Source of the DNA: Eledone cirrhosa
Lineage: Eukaryota
Direction of reading: 5' to 3'
DNA length: 33,616 bases
NCBI GenBank assembly: GCA_964016885.1
Contig: CAXHJY010000563.1
Span: forward strand, 1-33,616
Shown: positions 1 to 12,419 of the stretch, piece after piece
Position numbering within the stretch: position 1 is the stretch's first letter
Layout of the letters: every line of letters starts with the position of its first letter
The notes under the pieces: model-generated
What the model was told of the DNA's origin: nothing
What the model saw: only the letters and a program-made list of their open reading frames with translations
Databases searched by the model: none
Program-made: the position numbers and the translations under genes

Positions 1-604
1 CATACACAGAATTATACATATATATATACATATTTATATTGTATATTGTGCTGTTGCATTTGTCTAATGCTATTTCTAAGTTTCGACTTTCTGTCCGGAG
101 CAGGGAAGAATAACGTCATAATGGAATGACGGAATGCTGCTTGGGAATGGAATGTCATCAGAGAAAGCAACAGTTTACGGGACCAATTCTTATACAGAGC
201 TACTTTACACACACACTACACTAACACTCATATACGTACACACATAGCTTATATATTTTCTGTCACTCACTCTCTCTCTCTCTTTCTCTTTCCACTTCTT
301 TTCCTCTTAGATTATAGAGTATCAAACTTAGGATATTACACAAACGCATTATAGATTATTGAGAAACAGACACAAACACACACATGCAGCTATGAACTTA
401 TAGATTATTGAACAAAAAAAAAAAAGCAGACGACACGTCGTTGGACACACTCACTCACTCACACATAAAGATTGACACACATGAACACTGACAGATATAC
501 AGACACTCGGATGCTGTAACAAACCCAGCCGTAATTTCAAGTACAATGATACACATATAACGAACACATGCCTATCATCTTCTAATAGAGCCAACGAGGG
601 GTCG

Positions 605-792
605 GAACTGTACGTGGTCGTTCAAACTGCTAGGAACCACAGTCAAATTCCCTTTAAACTCATAAGAAAAGGTGACATTAAATAGTGTAGTCTTAGATAT
701 CCTCAACAAAAGATAAGGATGGGCACGTCTGGAATGCTTTAAAATAATAAATAAGTTTGCTTAATAAAAGCTGACCGGTCTAGGGTTGAAAG
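605..792. repeat. Unclassified interspersed repeat
   Basis: Its 3' part (ggatgggcacgtctggaatgc) resembles 26921-26985, and its 5' part resembles the reverse complement of 7675-7716. Confidence 0.45.
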
Positions 793-972
793 ACGTGTGT
801 GTATGTATGTGTCAACAGTAAATATAATATATGGTAGCAATGAAAAGACCGTAAACAACAAATGCATGGCCTTTAAGTGCCGATTGGGCTGCACACACGC
901 CGTGTTGTGATAAATTATGAAGTAGAGACCGGAAAGTATTACTTGAATTGTCAATAACACTCAGACACACAC

Positions 973-1032
<60 letters not shown>

Positions 1033-1747
1033 TACTCATACGCACTTATACATCGTTAATAGGTTTTATGCTTAGACATTTACAATCATACATAGAGACA
1101 CACACACGTGCGAGTGTTTTCAATATTATAGATAGATCGATCACTAATACGTTAATGGATATATATGTATAGATAGATAGATATATTTCTTTATATATAT
1201 ATATAGATAGATAGGGATAGTGGAGATAGACAAACAGATTAATAGATATATAGAGAGATCGATAAATAGATAGACTGACAGACACAGAAACTGAAAAAAT
1301 ATATAATCAGTTTGATGAAATATAGAAAATATATTTGACAAAATGCGTGTGTGCATGTGATGTGCGTATATATAATATTAAAGTGTGTCTGTGTATAGAA
1401 ACTATAGATAAATATTATTTATATATCATCATCAGGACAATGTGTCAATGTGTGTTTTAACACACACATACATCTTTATAAAAACGCATTCGTCCGTACT
1501 ATGATAACACAATAGGTATGAAATGCATGAATGGAATCGAAAATTCAGCGAAAACAAAACTTAAGATTTTTAACTACAACAGCAATAGAATCGGCAAACA
1601 CTTCAGGAATTCGCTCGCTCGTCGCAAAGCAAAAGAAGTTGGCGAAGAACGAGAATGTTCACGGTATGTTTGATGACTAGATTATTAAAGATAAAAAGAC
1701 AAGTGCATACAAATATATTACATATATTGAGTGTGTGTGCGTGTGCA

Positions 1748-2215
1748 TAGATAGATAGATAGATCTGATCAACAATATAACAATATATATATTGATAGAT
1801 AGAATACGTAAATTGGATATATGATAGATAAACAGATAGGTAAATAGATTGATGGATGGCTAATTAAGATAGACAAACAAACTCATAAACACCAGATCCA
1901 TAGGTATACGACATAACTGTTTCTACTATTGGCACAAGGCCAGAAATTACCCAGTACATTACTGGTACTTTATTTTATCGACCCCGTAAGGATGAAAGGC
2001 AAAGTTAACCTCGGCGGGATTCGTTGAATAGATAGATAGATAGATAGATAGTTATACAAAAGACAGAGAGATGGATGGAGATAGATAGATAGATAGATAA
2101 ACAATAGTTAGACCGATGGATGGACAGAGAGAGAGACAGATAGATAAACAGACAGACAGGTGGATAGATAGATAGACAGATGAACAATATATATATAGAT
2201 AGAAAGATAGATAAA
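1748..2215. repeat. Degenerate (GATA)n/(GACA)n tract, interrupted by a SINE
   Basis: Direct observation. A similar tract lies at 1128-1290. Confidence 0.85.
1918..2026 (-). mobile_element. Same SINE family, truncated
   Basis: Nearly identical to 31853-31946. Confidence 0.85.
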
Positions 2216-3274
2216 CGGAGAAGATATAGTTAGTTAAAAAGTAGCTTGATAACGAAGACAGATTTTTTAAAAAAGGTAAAAATAATTGAAGACTAAACTT
2301 ACTTCAGAACAGGGAAACCATTTTGAACTATCATGATGCTTTTACTGTATGTAGAAAGCTGATACGACACTGTAGTTGCCTGTTTTGTTTATTATCTCTT
2401 TCTTTTTCCTTTTTCTTGTTCACCCTCTTTCTCTCTTTTTTCCTCTCTCTCACACTCACTCTCTCTCTCTTTCTTTTCTTTTTTTTTCTCTCTCTTAATA
2501 AAAGACTCTTAGAATGCTACTACTGGTTTTTAATGTGTACTTTTATTCATGGAAACATGAAAAATGCCATTTTAGATGAAGGCAGAGGAGCGCACAAAGA
2601 GTGGGAGGTAGGTAGGTGGGTTGGCTGGTAGGGTAGGAGAGAAACAAAGAGAGAAAGAGAGAGAGTTTTATAGAGAGAGGTGGAGGAGGATTAAATGTGT
2701 TTGTGTCTGCATCCCTGTGTGTATGTGTATGTGTTATCGAGGGAGGAGTGTGAGAGATTGGAAACTGATAAAGCGAGGGAGAGAAAAAGAGAGTGTGTGA
2801 GACAACAAAACAGTGAGGTAAAGGTGGAGGAGTAGTACCATACAAAGCGAATGAGTGTAATTTGTGTGTACGCTTATCTGTATGTGTTAGTGAGTTTATA
2901 TATGTATGTATATATATATGTGTGTGTGTGTGCGTATGTCTCTGTGTGTGTATTTAAGTAGGTGGGTGATCGAAGTAGGAGAGAACGATTAATTGTAATA
3001 GACAGTGAAAATAAGAACGAGAGAAAGAGAATAGGAAAGAAAGAGATAGAGAGAGAGAGAGAGAGACAAAGAAAGTGAGAAGGGTGAATAAATGAGTGTG
3101 TAAAGGAATGAATGAATGAGGAGGGGAGGGGGCAGGTGTGTGGAAAGAATGATTGAAAAAGAAAGTGAAGGAATGAAAGCAAGGAACAAAACAAAACAAC
3201 TTGAAAAGTAAAGAAAGTAAAGGAAAGAAAATAACGAAAAAGACAAGGATTAAGGTAGAAGTAGAGGAGGGGCA

Positions 3275-3600
3275 GAAAGAGAGAGAGGAAAGAATAAGAG
3301 AAGGGGTGAGAGAAAGAGAGAGAAAGGAAAGAAAACGCGAAGAGAGAGGAAAAATAAGAGAAGGGGGTGAGAGAGAGAGGAAATAATACGAGAAGGGGTG
3401 AGAGAGAGAGAGAGGGGAAATAATCCGAAAAGGGAGTGTGTGAGAGAGAGAGAGGAAAAATACGAGAAGGGGTGAGTGAGGGAGGGAGAGAGAGAGAGGA
3501 AAGAATAAGAGAAGAGGTGAGAGAGGGAGGGAGAGAGAGAGAGGAAAGAATAAGAGAAGGGGTGAAAGAGAGAGAGGAAAGAATACAAGAAGAGAAAATA
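3275..3600 (+). repeat. Polypurine minisatellite (~8 units of (GA)n-GGAAARAATAMGAGAAGGGGTGA)
   Basis: Units visible near 3279, 3341, 3371, 3410, 3445, 3490, 3535, 3568. Confidence 0.85.
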
Positions 3601-3709
3601 GACAGAAGAACAAGAACTTAAAAGCAACAAGAATAAAAGCACAAAAACAAAACATAAATAAAACAAAACAAAACAAGTTAGACAACGATGGAGCGATAGA
3701 ATAGAGAAA

Positions 3710-3739
<30 letters not shown>

Positions 3740-3741
<2 letters not shown>

Positions 3742-3790
3742 GGCGGTGCCCCAGCATGGCCGCAGTCTACGACTGAAACCAGTCAAAGAA
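3740..3790 (+). mobile_element. 3' tail of the same SINE family
   Basis: aaggcggtgccccagcatggccgcagtctacgactgaaaccagtcaaaga. Further tails at about 12443-12490, 16755-16842 and 25670-25693. Confidence 0.75.
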
Positions 3791-3878
3791 GAGCGAGGAG
3801 AGAGGGAGTGGGGGAGAGTGATAGAGGAAACGGTAAGGAGGAGGAGACATCAGGTGGATTGGAGGTGGAGTAAAGCAC

Positions 3879-3934
<56 letters not shown>

Positions 3935-4264
3935 ATGGATGTGTAAGTATGTAGACACTAAATTTAAAAGGGGGTGGAGACAAAAAGATGTAGAAGAATG
4001 ATTGAAGGAAGGTGGTGATGGAGGGAGGGAGGAGCAAGCGTTGTGATAGTAGCAGCAGCAGCAACAGTAGTGGTGGTGGTGGTGGTGGGAGTAAGTAAAA
4101 CAAAATAGGAACAAGGAGGAGGTGGATGGGTGGGATAGTGGCAGTAATAGTAGGAGAATGAGGTGGAGGAGAAGGAGGAGGAGGAAAGAATACATGTAAA
4201 TTGGGTGGGGGAGAGGTGAGACTAGAAAGAATAACGTATATATATATAAATAAATGAGAAAGAA

Positions 4265-4606
4265 TTCTTTTACTGGTTTCAGTCATTAGACTGTGGCCAT
4301 GCTGGAGCACAACCTTGATTTCGTTTTTTTTTTAGTCGATCATATCGACCTCGGTACTTATTTTATCGATCCAATTTGTGAAACCGCTAAGTAACAGGAC
4401 ATAATCACAGACACGAACGAACGGACGCACACACATATATATGTATATATATATATACGACGGGCTTCTGGAGTTTCCGTCTACCAAATTCTACTCCTAA
4501 GGCGGCAGTGGTCAACTTGAAACGACCAAAGTGCTGAGGAGCGGGACTGAACTTAGAACCACGTGGTTGCGAAGCGAACTCCTTAACCAGAGCCATGCCT
4601 GCTCCT
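4265..4606 (-). mobile_element. tRNA-derived SINE with internal microsatellite
   Basis: Minus strand: A/B-box-like head (tggctctggtt.., gttcagtcc), ttggtagacggaaact..gaagcccgtcg, tail gtgctccagcatggccacagtctaatgactgaaaccagtaaaag. Confidence 0.75.
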
Positions 4607-5242
4607 ATGAGAATTAAGGCAAGGTAAAATAATGAGGTGGGAGGGGGTGAAGTAGTGGGAGGTGGAGGAGGAGGAGTATAGTTATAGTGGTAATGGCGGT
4701 GGTAGTGGTAAGAGTTGTTTTGTAAGGTAAGTAACAATCAAAATCCCTTTATAAAACTTTTTTCTCTCCTCCTCCTCCATGCATACCTCTACACAGACAC
4801 ACACTCACTTTTTTCTCTCTCTGTTTATTTATCTATCTATCGAGATAGACACATAGACGAACGAAGAGAGAAAGAGGGAACGGTGTTGTATAAATTATCT
4901 CTATATATATATTTACTTCCTCATCTGTCACCCTCTTCTTTCTATCTCTCTATCTCATTTTTTTTTCTCGATGTCTCGTTTTCATAATCTTTCTTCCTTG
5001 TAGCTTTGTGTCGAAAGTTTTATCATCATCAATATTATTATCCCCATCCGCATCACCTCCACCCTCCTCACAGTAGATCGCTCACAAAATAAATGCCTGT
5101 CGATATTTACATACTGCATGTTTTAAGTTCGATTCCCGACGGTTTGATTTCGCTTGTGTTTATTTTTGCAAATATAATTTCTTCGGGGTTTTGACGGGAG
5201 AAAAAACAAATTCCTCACCCCTAACCCCAAAAGCTTGCCCAG

Positions 5243-5287
<45 letters not shown>

Positions 5288-5398
5288 GTATAGAAAGTAT
5301 TGTAGCAAGAAGCCAACAGTATATATAATATATAAGTGACTATAGCGTCAAAATGGGAAAATAGTTCACGTAAGATGTGGGAAAAATAAACTCTTTTC

Positions 5399-5436
<38 letters not shown>

Positions 5437-5526
5437 AAGTTGTCCTTCATCAGTGGTCTTCCATTTGAAATGTAACCCATTTGCAACGCCGCAGCTCCAT
5501 TATTATCATATATATATATATATAAG

Positions 5527-5693
5527 GGAAAAGAGTCAGGATCCCGACGGCTGAGCTCCGGATCTAACTGTCGAAACGACCGGAACTCAGCCGTCGGAGG
5601 TCCTGACTCTTTTCCTATTACCCACTCTACTACCCTAAGTATCGAGTACGCTGGTGCGTTATGGTCCACCTGGTTTCTTACCACACCTTTGTT
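5527..5693 (+). mobile_element. Fold-back element family A (hairpin plus unique tail), copy 1
   Basis: ~35-bp imperfect arms 5527-5561 / 5580-5615, loop atctaactgtcgaaacga, tail cccactctactaccctaagtatcgagtac...accacacctt, microsatellite on both sides. Confidence 0.8.
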
Positions 5694-5803
<110 letters not shown>

Positions 5804-6810
5804 TAGAGAATGTCCATCAAGGACCGGATTATATCCTTTTAAGGTCCTAAACTCTTAAGATATTATGATGTCACCCTTTCCCCATATATATATTAATTGT
5901 ATTCGTCAATCCATAAAAAAACTTCACATTTTGCACACACACACACACATATATACACATAGTGTCCCAAAAAATGTATACATAATTTGATTAGAAGGTT
6001 TTTGAAGTGTGCAATTTTCCTTGTTTTCTATTTTATTTTGTGTGTGTGTATATTTGGGGTTAATGGAATGACGACTGCAATTAATTTGAATGAAGCGGTG
6101 CCCCTCTTCCCTTGAGGTCCTAAACAGTTGTTTCTTTTACTTAATGGTTAATTCAACTCCGTGTACAATTGACCAGAGTTCCGATATTTAGTTATGAATC
6201 TTCGATTTATAAGTTCGAATCTCAACAAGAATGATTTGACGTTTTTTTTTTTAATTAATATTTATTCTTTTATGATTTCATTTCATCTATCTCTCCGGTG
6301 GTGATTATGAAAACGTGCCAGTATTACACACATACACACATATATATATATATATATAAACAATGAGTTATATGGTTTGTTGATTACTATTCATCAGAGT
6401 TAAATTTATAATATATATATATATATATGACTTTATAATATGTATATATTACTGACACATATATGCATGTATATGACAACTAACGGCTGAGAGAAAGGAG
6501 TACTCGATACCGAAGAAGTGTTTTAAAATTCATTTATCATATTCATTTGTATTAATGCTAAAAAGTGAGTCTTGTTACTCACGTTTTAGCCTTGATATAT
6601 ATGAATATGTATATAAAACAGAAAGGATATATGTATAAAACAGACATAAATTTCAAACTTCAACTAGAACTTCAACACAAGCCTTCTCTCTCAATTTTAC
6701 TTTTGAAAATCATAAGAACTGTGAAACCGATAAAGTAAATATATATATATTCTTAAAACACTACAGTTGCATTTTCAATTTTTTCCTTATATATATATAT
6801 ATATATATCA

Positions 6811-7110
6811 GAAAGGTGGTGTTAAAATACCAGGTGGACCATAACCTACCAGAGTACTCTCGATACTTGGGGTAGTAGAGTGGGTAATATGAAAAGATTC
6901 AGGAGCCCGATGGGTGAGCTCCGGCCGTTTCGACAGCTAGATCGGAACTAAGCCGTCAGTATTAGAACGGTGGGAATCTAGCTGAATTTACCAAGGGGTA
7001 CAGTCCATATATGGGCATGCACTCAAAGCAAAGAAAAAAAAAAGGCAAAGAAATCTAAGCAAAAAATCTTTAAAAGCTTGTAGCAGTCGGGGTCCTGAAT
7101 TTGTTCATAT
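6811..7110 (-). mobile_element. Family A copy 2, inverted, with an insertion in one arm
   Basis: 6811-6957 is the reverse complement of copy 1. The arm resumes at about 7086-7110 (gtcggggtcctgaatttgttcatat). Confidence 0.75.
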
Positions 7111-7854
7111 ATATTTTTATATAATATATGGTGTGTGTAAATACAACATATTCATTCATTCGGCAGCCCTAACTTCCACTTTATAGATAAGCTGCATTTG
7201 TAACAAACAAAATTAGATATCATATTTACTGAGTGGTAGAATCGATAGAGCGCTGAACTAGATAGAATGTACATATACCTAAGCAGTGAACGCGTGTGGT
7301 TTGGGTACAAGGCTCACCATCTTATGTTCGTGAGTTTGATTCCAGTCTTGTGTTCTCGAACGAACAAAAAAAGTAAGAAAAATGTTCATCGCCAGATCAG
7401 ACCAAGGAAATGGCGTTTCCAGTTTTCTTTCCTTTGCTAAAAAAAAATCAGATTTGAACGTTCAAAGCCGGATCAGATATCGCAAGCTTCCTGTCCAATG
7501 GACTGGTGTTTTATTTATCAACGCATAAAAAATAAAAAGCAAGGTTGATCTCGATGAGACTTGAACACAGACACAGAAAACCGGAGCATATGTCGGTGCC
7601 TTTAATCCGACAGTTTAACGAGCCAATCTATAATCAACAATATGTACAGAAGATCCTATCTGGCGCGTTCTTTTCTAAGGGAGATTTGGCTATTATTTTT
7701 AGCCGGTTGAAAGACCGCATACAGAGAATCATTCGTTGGCTGGAGATAAATAAGTACCGGGGATCCATAATGCCATGTTCTCGCCGAAGTGAAGATAACC
7801 TTTCACCCTTTTGGGATCGATAAATAAGTACCGATCCAGTCTAGTAGTGGGGTT

Positions 7855-7856
<2 letters not shown>

Positions 7857-7919
<63 letters not shown>
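7857..7919. repeat. (CT)n microsatellite
   Basis: Direct observation. Confidence 0.98.
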
Positions 7920-7921
<2 letters not shown>

Positions 7922-8025
7922 GTAAATCAAAGGCCTCATCTTGGCACATTGTGTTGCGCTAATTCGGTATGAGAATTACGTTCAGGTTATGCGCATGTAT
8001 GGAATAAATGCCTGTCAGATTGGAG

Positions 8026-8227
8026 ACGCGTGACTTATTAGTTAAAGTATACAGCTTGCAATTGTAAGGTTCTGTGTTGGATTCTCGATAGCACGTTGTG
8101 TCCTTGAGCAAGACAATTTATTTCACGTTGCTCCAGTCCACTCAGCTGATAGAAACGAGTCGTACCTGTAGTTAAAAGGCCCAGGTTTGTGTCAAATGGA
8201 ATCTTTCTGAGACCTATGTTTAAGGGT
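8026..8227 (+). mobile_element. tRNA-derived SINE, same head/core with a third tail type
   Basis: Degenerate A/B boxes, gtgtccttgagcaagacaatttatttcacgttgctccagtccactcagctg. Tail-like pieces at about 7930-8005 and 27030-27152 (-). Confidence 0.75.
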
Positions 8228-8426
8228 CATATTACTCATAAAATTGAATAGGCTGGAGCTTAGGGGCTACGGGGCCGTCACTTTCTTTTAGTGTAGTGGG
8301 ATGAAAGATTGAAGTGTTAGTCGGGGCTCTGAAACACCCTAAACATTAGGGGCTCATCAATTTCTGTTGCTGTAATAGAGTGAAAGATTGAAATGCCTGA
8401 AATATCTGAAAACCAACGGGCACAAC

Positions 8427-8644
8427 CAGAAGCGTAACTAAGATATGGCAAGCATAACACGTGCCATAGGCGCCACATGAAGGGGGTGCTGCTTGGATTA
8501 GGAATACGTTCTATTAAAGACAAATAAGCCTTGTCGGCTTATGTATGATCTGTCTCTGATTATCATGGGTGAGAACATTATTACGCCCATAGACAAAAAT
8601 GCAGTCCTGGACAGGGGCGCAATTTTTCCCTAGTTATGCCTCTG
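8427..8644. mobile_element. hAT-like MITE
   Basis: TIRs cagaagcgtaactaag / cctagttatgcctctg. Flanking 8-mers ggcacaac and ggaccaac match at 6 of 8 positions (decayed TSD). Confidence 0.6.
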
Positions 8645-9489
8645 GGACCAACCACCACCTCACACTTTTATCTTTGTTTCTAATGTAAAATTATTTTTCA
8701 TGTAAGTAAAAACAACTAACTACTGCGAGAATCTAAATACATGAACACTGCCAGATTTGATGAAGAATTAGAGAGATGGAGTGGGGAAGGGGTTCAGTGT
8801 CTTCAGCTAGAAGGAAGTTGTGGAGGTGGTTGTGGTGGTGATGGGGAGATAGGTAGCTGACTGGTTGTTTGGATACAAAGAAGAAGAAAAAGAATTTAGA
8901 GATAGGTGGGTCAAGGCAAAATTGAAAGGCTTGCCAAAATGTGCTTAGATGATCGTTATGATGATCGTTGTTGCTGTGGTGGAGATGGTGGGGTATTATA
9001 GTAGTAGTAGTAGTAGTGGTGACAGTGATTGTAATATGGTGGTAGTAGCATAGGTGGTGCTGGCAGTGGACGCACTGATAAAAAATAGTGTTAGTTGTTG
9101 TAGTACTGGTAGTAGTAGTAGTAGTGTTGGTGGTAGTAAGGACATGGTAGGGATAGGTAACATTGGTTGTGGTGGTCATGATGGTACTGATGTAACAAAT
9201 CTACCCATTACCCCACCCAACCCCACCTCATCTACATCCGTCTCACCACCTATAAAGGAATAAAGGCACCCACCTCCTGTAAAGTATTTGTTTTAAGTTA
9301 AGGAATGGTCAGAGAGAGGAAAAAGGGGGAGGAAAGTCAACTATAGAAAGGAAGAGATAGTGGTGAGGGGTAGTGTGAGTGAGAGAACTAGAAGAAGGGG
9401 GGAGTAATGCTAAAAAAATTAATGTAATTTCCATAAAATAATGTAACATTATTAAAACAACAATAAAAAAGTATATTCACTACCATGAC

Positions 9490-9700
9490 GGTTTCTGATT
9501 TAGGCTCAAGGCTAACAATTTTAAGAGAGGGGAAAGTCGATTAAATCGACCCCAGTGCATATTGGTACTTTATTTTATCGACCATGTAAGGATAAAGGCA
9601 AAGCTAACCTTGGCGGGATTTGAACTCAGAACGTAAAGGGCCGTAACTATATGCTACAAAGTGTGGTGTCCAGTACTCTACCGATTCTACCAATCCACCA
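9490..9700 (-). mobile_element. tRNA-derived SINE (ggtactttattttatcgacc core family), near full length
   Basis: Minus strand: tggtagaatcggtagag (A-like), gagttcaaatcc (B box), core gcctttatccttacatggtcgataaaataaagtacc. Confidence 0.8.
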
Positions 9701-10033
9701 CCCTTGACATAATAACAACAAAAGCGAGAAGACAAAAAATTCCAGAAACATCATCATCATCATACAACCATTTTCCCTGCCAGCAAGAGTTAAATGGGTC
9801 ATCACAGACCAAGTCAGTATTTTAGCAGTGCTACTGACCTCAAAGACAGGTTGTGGGAGAGCAGCATCTTGCTTATGTACATTCCTGCCTTCTGTAGATA
9901 GCACTGGATGCATTTTATTATGGTGCCAACTCTAGGAAGGTTGTCATGTCTTGACAACTATGAATTAAAGAAGCAAGAATTATGCTCTTTAAATATACCA
10001 TATAATGAAACTATAGAATATTTATCACTTTTA

Positions 10034-10074
<41 letters not shown>

Positions 10075-10187
10075 GAGAGAGAGAGAAAGCGAGTTCCACA
10101 AAAAATTAGCAAATCATATTTGAGAACACATGTTCACCTGAAGGATTTTAAGCTTACCATAACCATACATGAGTTGAAAATCTCTCT

Positions 10188-10628
10188 TTAACACTTTTGA
10201 TACCAAACTGCCTGAAAGTGCCTTTTGCTCTTTGCTTGTTTTAAAGTGTAATTTTATGTAACAACCTCCAATGTCACAGATGTGTGTGACAAAAGAACTC
10301 TGAGAAACTATGTTTATATTTATTGTTGGTAAATCAATGATAAACATTGATTGCCAGCTGAATTATTCATAGAAATATAAAAATATACTGAAAAAAAAAA
10401 AACCAAACCAAACCAAACCAAACCAAACAGTGAATGTGTTTTACTATATTTTTCAGGCAATATTAGAACAACATGACCCTTCCCAAATATAACAAAACCT
10501 TTGTTAAGTTAGTAACACAAGATGAGAAAGTTATGTATATAAATCCATCCAAATTCTTGATTATTTTCAAACTGTTTGAAAATTCATAACAGCATCTTTC
10601 ATTAGAAATATGGTAGTGAAAAGGTTAA
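10188..10628. mobile_element. Degenerate TTAA-flanked MITE, second family
   Basis: TTAA-cacttttgatacc ... ggtagtgaaaagg-TTAA. Related fragments near 10978-11055 and 11730-11977. Confidence 0.5.
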
Positions 10629-11146
10629 TAACATCAATAATAACTTTACAATAATGTATGTTAAAATTAGTGATGATATATCATACATGCAATAACAAAG
10701 GTATGTGAATCTTTAATATAACATTTAATCCCTAGCTTTTCATACCTAGATATCCATGTCAAACTGATGTGTATCTTATAACAACAACATAAAAACCAAC
10801 AACAAAAAGACCAATATCACTTTTATCCAGTGTGGTAAAAACAACTTACAGGATAAGGAAAAACTCATTGATTATAACTAAAGTGGGTTTCATCTTACTG
10901 TGTAATATCCTGAACAAATGTCTTTTAATGCTTACATGAGCTGATCAATTCGTAAATGAAAACTGTGTCCATGTCTAAACCTTCAGTTACCATATTTCTA
11001 AGGAAAGACACTGCCTGTAAGTTTTAAATAATTTTGAAAGTAATCAAGAATTTCTTGAGACCAGCCTGGCCAAGACCAGCTTTGGTTCTATGAAACAAAA
11101 CCATCTATTTTAAGGGTCCTTATTTAAATAAAATTTGTACTTGTGA

Positions 11147-11326
11147 ATGATGTAAGAGAGTAGTTCTCCCATAGTACTGATTTTATGAAAGTCATACAAG
11201 TGGTCCTTAATTAGAGAGAGAGAGGTGATCATTATTAATGACTGTCTCCTATATGCTTGAGACATTAAAAGTGAATGTGATAGGATGGTAGTTGGCAAAG
11301 TGAAAGTGGTTGCTCTTTTCGAGAAT
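11147..11326 (-). mobile_element. Second fragment of the same decayed LINE
   Basis: Aligns with 16039-16101 plus 16292-16449. Encodes ANYHPITFT and LIKDHLYDFHKISTMGELLSYI (compare L.DHQYGFR..RSTGDLL). Confidence 0.8.
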
Positions 11327-11438
11327 ATATATATATATATATATATATATAGTTTAATAAATGAACAGAGAACAAAAAACAGAGAGGTAGTACAAATGAT
11401 ATTAGTATTAGTTTCACGCTTGAGAGTGGGGTGGGGAT

Positions 11439-11466
11439 GACGTTTCGGGCATAAGCCCTTCATCAG
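11439..11466 (-). ncRNA. Hammerhead ribozyme core motif (Penelope pLTR type)
   Basis: Minus strand CTGATGA-A-GGGC-TTAT-GCCC-GAAACGTC. Stem I pairing is not evident. Confidence 0.6.
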
Positions 11467-12084
11467 GAGAACAGTGGGTAGGAAAAAAGTTCCGAGGGTG
11501 TGTGGGGGAGTGGTGGAAAGACATTTTAAAAAAAGGGGAGGGGAATAATTTTTTTAGAGAGTAAAGGAATTTTTTTTAAAGTAAAATTAAAAATAAACAA
11601 ATGGTGAAAGGGTGTAGGGGTGGTGGTGGTGTTTGTGTATGGGTGTATGTGTGTGTATGTGAATGTGAGAGTTGGGGGAAGAACGAGGTTCCATGTTCAG
11701 GTAAAAGGGAAAGAAGAACCATATGTTATTTTAATAATGAAATAATTAATAATTTTAGTAAATCATTCAAAGTTCTTCATCAATTAATTGAAATGATATG
11801 TATTCTATTAGAAAAACAGTCACAAAATAGTAAAGCTGGTGTTTGGAATATAAAGGTTCAACATAAAATTATGATGAAAAGTTTTAGAAAAATATAAACA
11901 TTTTAAAACAAGGTAATATGTTTTTTCATTGGAGAATCAAGAGAAGTTTCAGGTGGTTTAGTATGAAAGGGATTAAAACTATTGTAAACAGAAATGTTGT
12001 GTCAAAATGTGTAACTTAAACCATTCAATGTAGAAAGATAACTAAAATATGTATCAAACTGAAATGAACAGAGGAGCTAAAGGG

Positions 12085-12419
12085 TAAAGACCCCTTCAGT
12101 CACGAATGAACATGGGATTTGCACCTAGATAGTTCCCCTCCGAGAACGCAAGTCCAGGCAAGTTTATTTGTGGAAGATCAGCAGTCGCCCATGCATACCA
12201 GTTTCCGCTCGCCATGTCGCAGATGTTGTCCGAGGGAAAGGCTATGGTCGATACAGCTTGGCACCAGTGACGTTGCAACTTCATTTCTACAGCTGAATAA
12301 ACTGGAGCAACATGAAATAAAGTTTCTTGCTCAAGAACACAACACAAAACCCAGTCTGAGAATTGAACTCACAACCTCACAATTGTAAGATCGATGTTCT
12401 AACCACTAAGCCATGAGGC
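12085..12419 (-). mobile_element. tRNA-derived SINE, same head/core with a different tail
   Basis: Minus strand: tggcttagtgg (A box), gagttcaattc (B box), gtgttcttgagcaagaaactttatttcatgttgctccagt. Confidence 0.85.

Noticed and set aside
119-131. 13-bp match taatggaatgacg with 6061-6073
   Set aside because: Short, not extendable, compatible with chance.
2954-3786. 267-aa and 178-aa hydrophobic ORFs resembling membrane proteins
   Set aside because: Antisense reading of the polypurine repeat.
3767-4310. Poly-Pro/His/Leu ORFs (also 8733-9179)
   Set aside because: Low-complexity (GGT/GGA/TAG)n tracts.
5527-5615. Intrinsic terminator, CRISPR repeat or pre-miRNA readings of the hairpins
   Set aside because: Eukaryotic context, no repeat-spacer array, and the hairpins belong to a dispersed repeat family.
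10457-10507. Small exon after tttttcag
   Set aside because: Lies within a degenerate TTAA MITE, with a weak donor and no other support.
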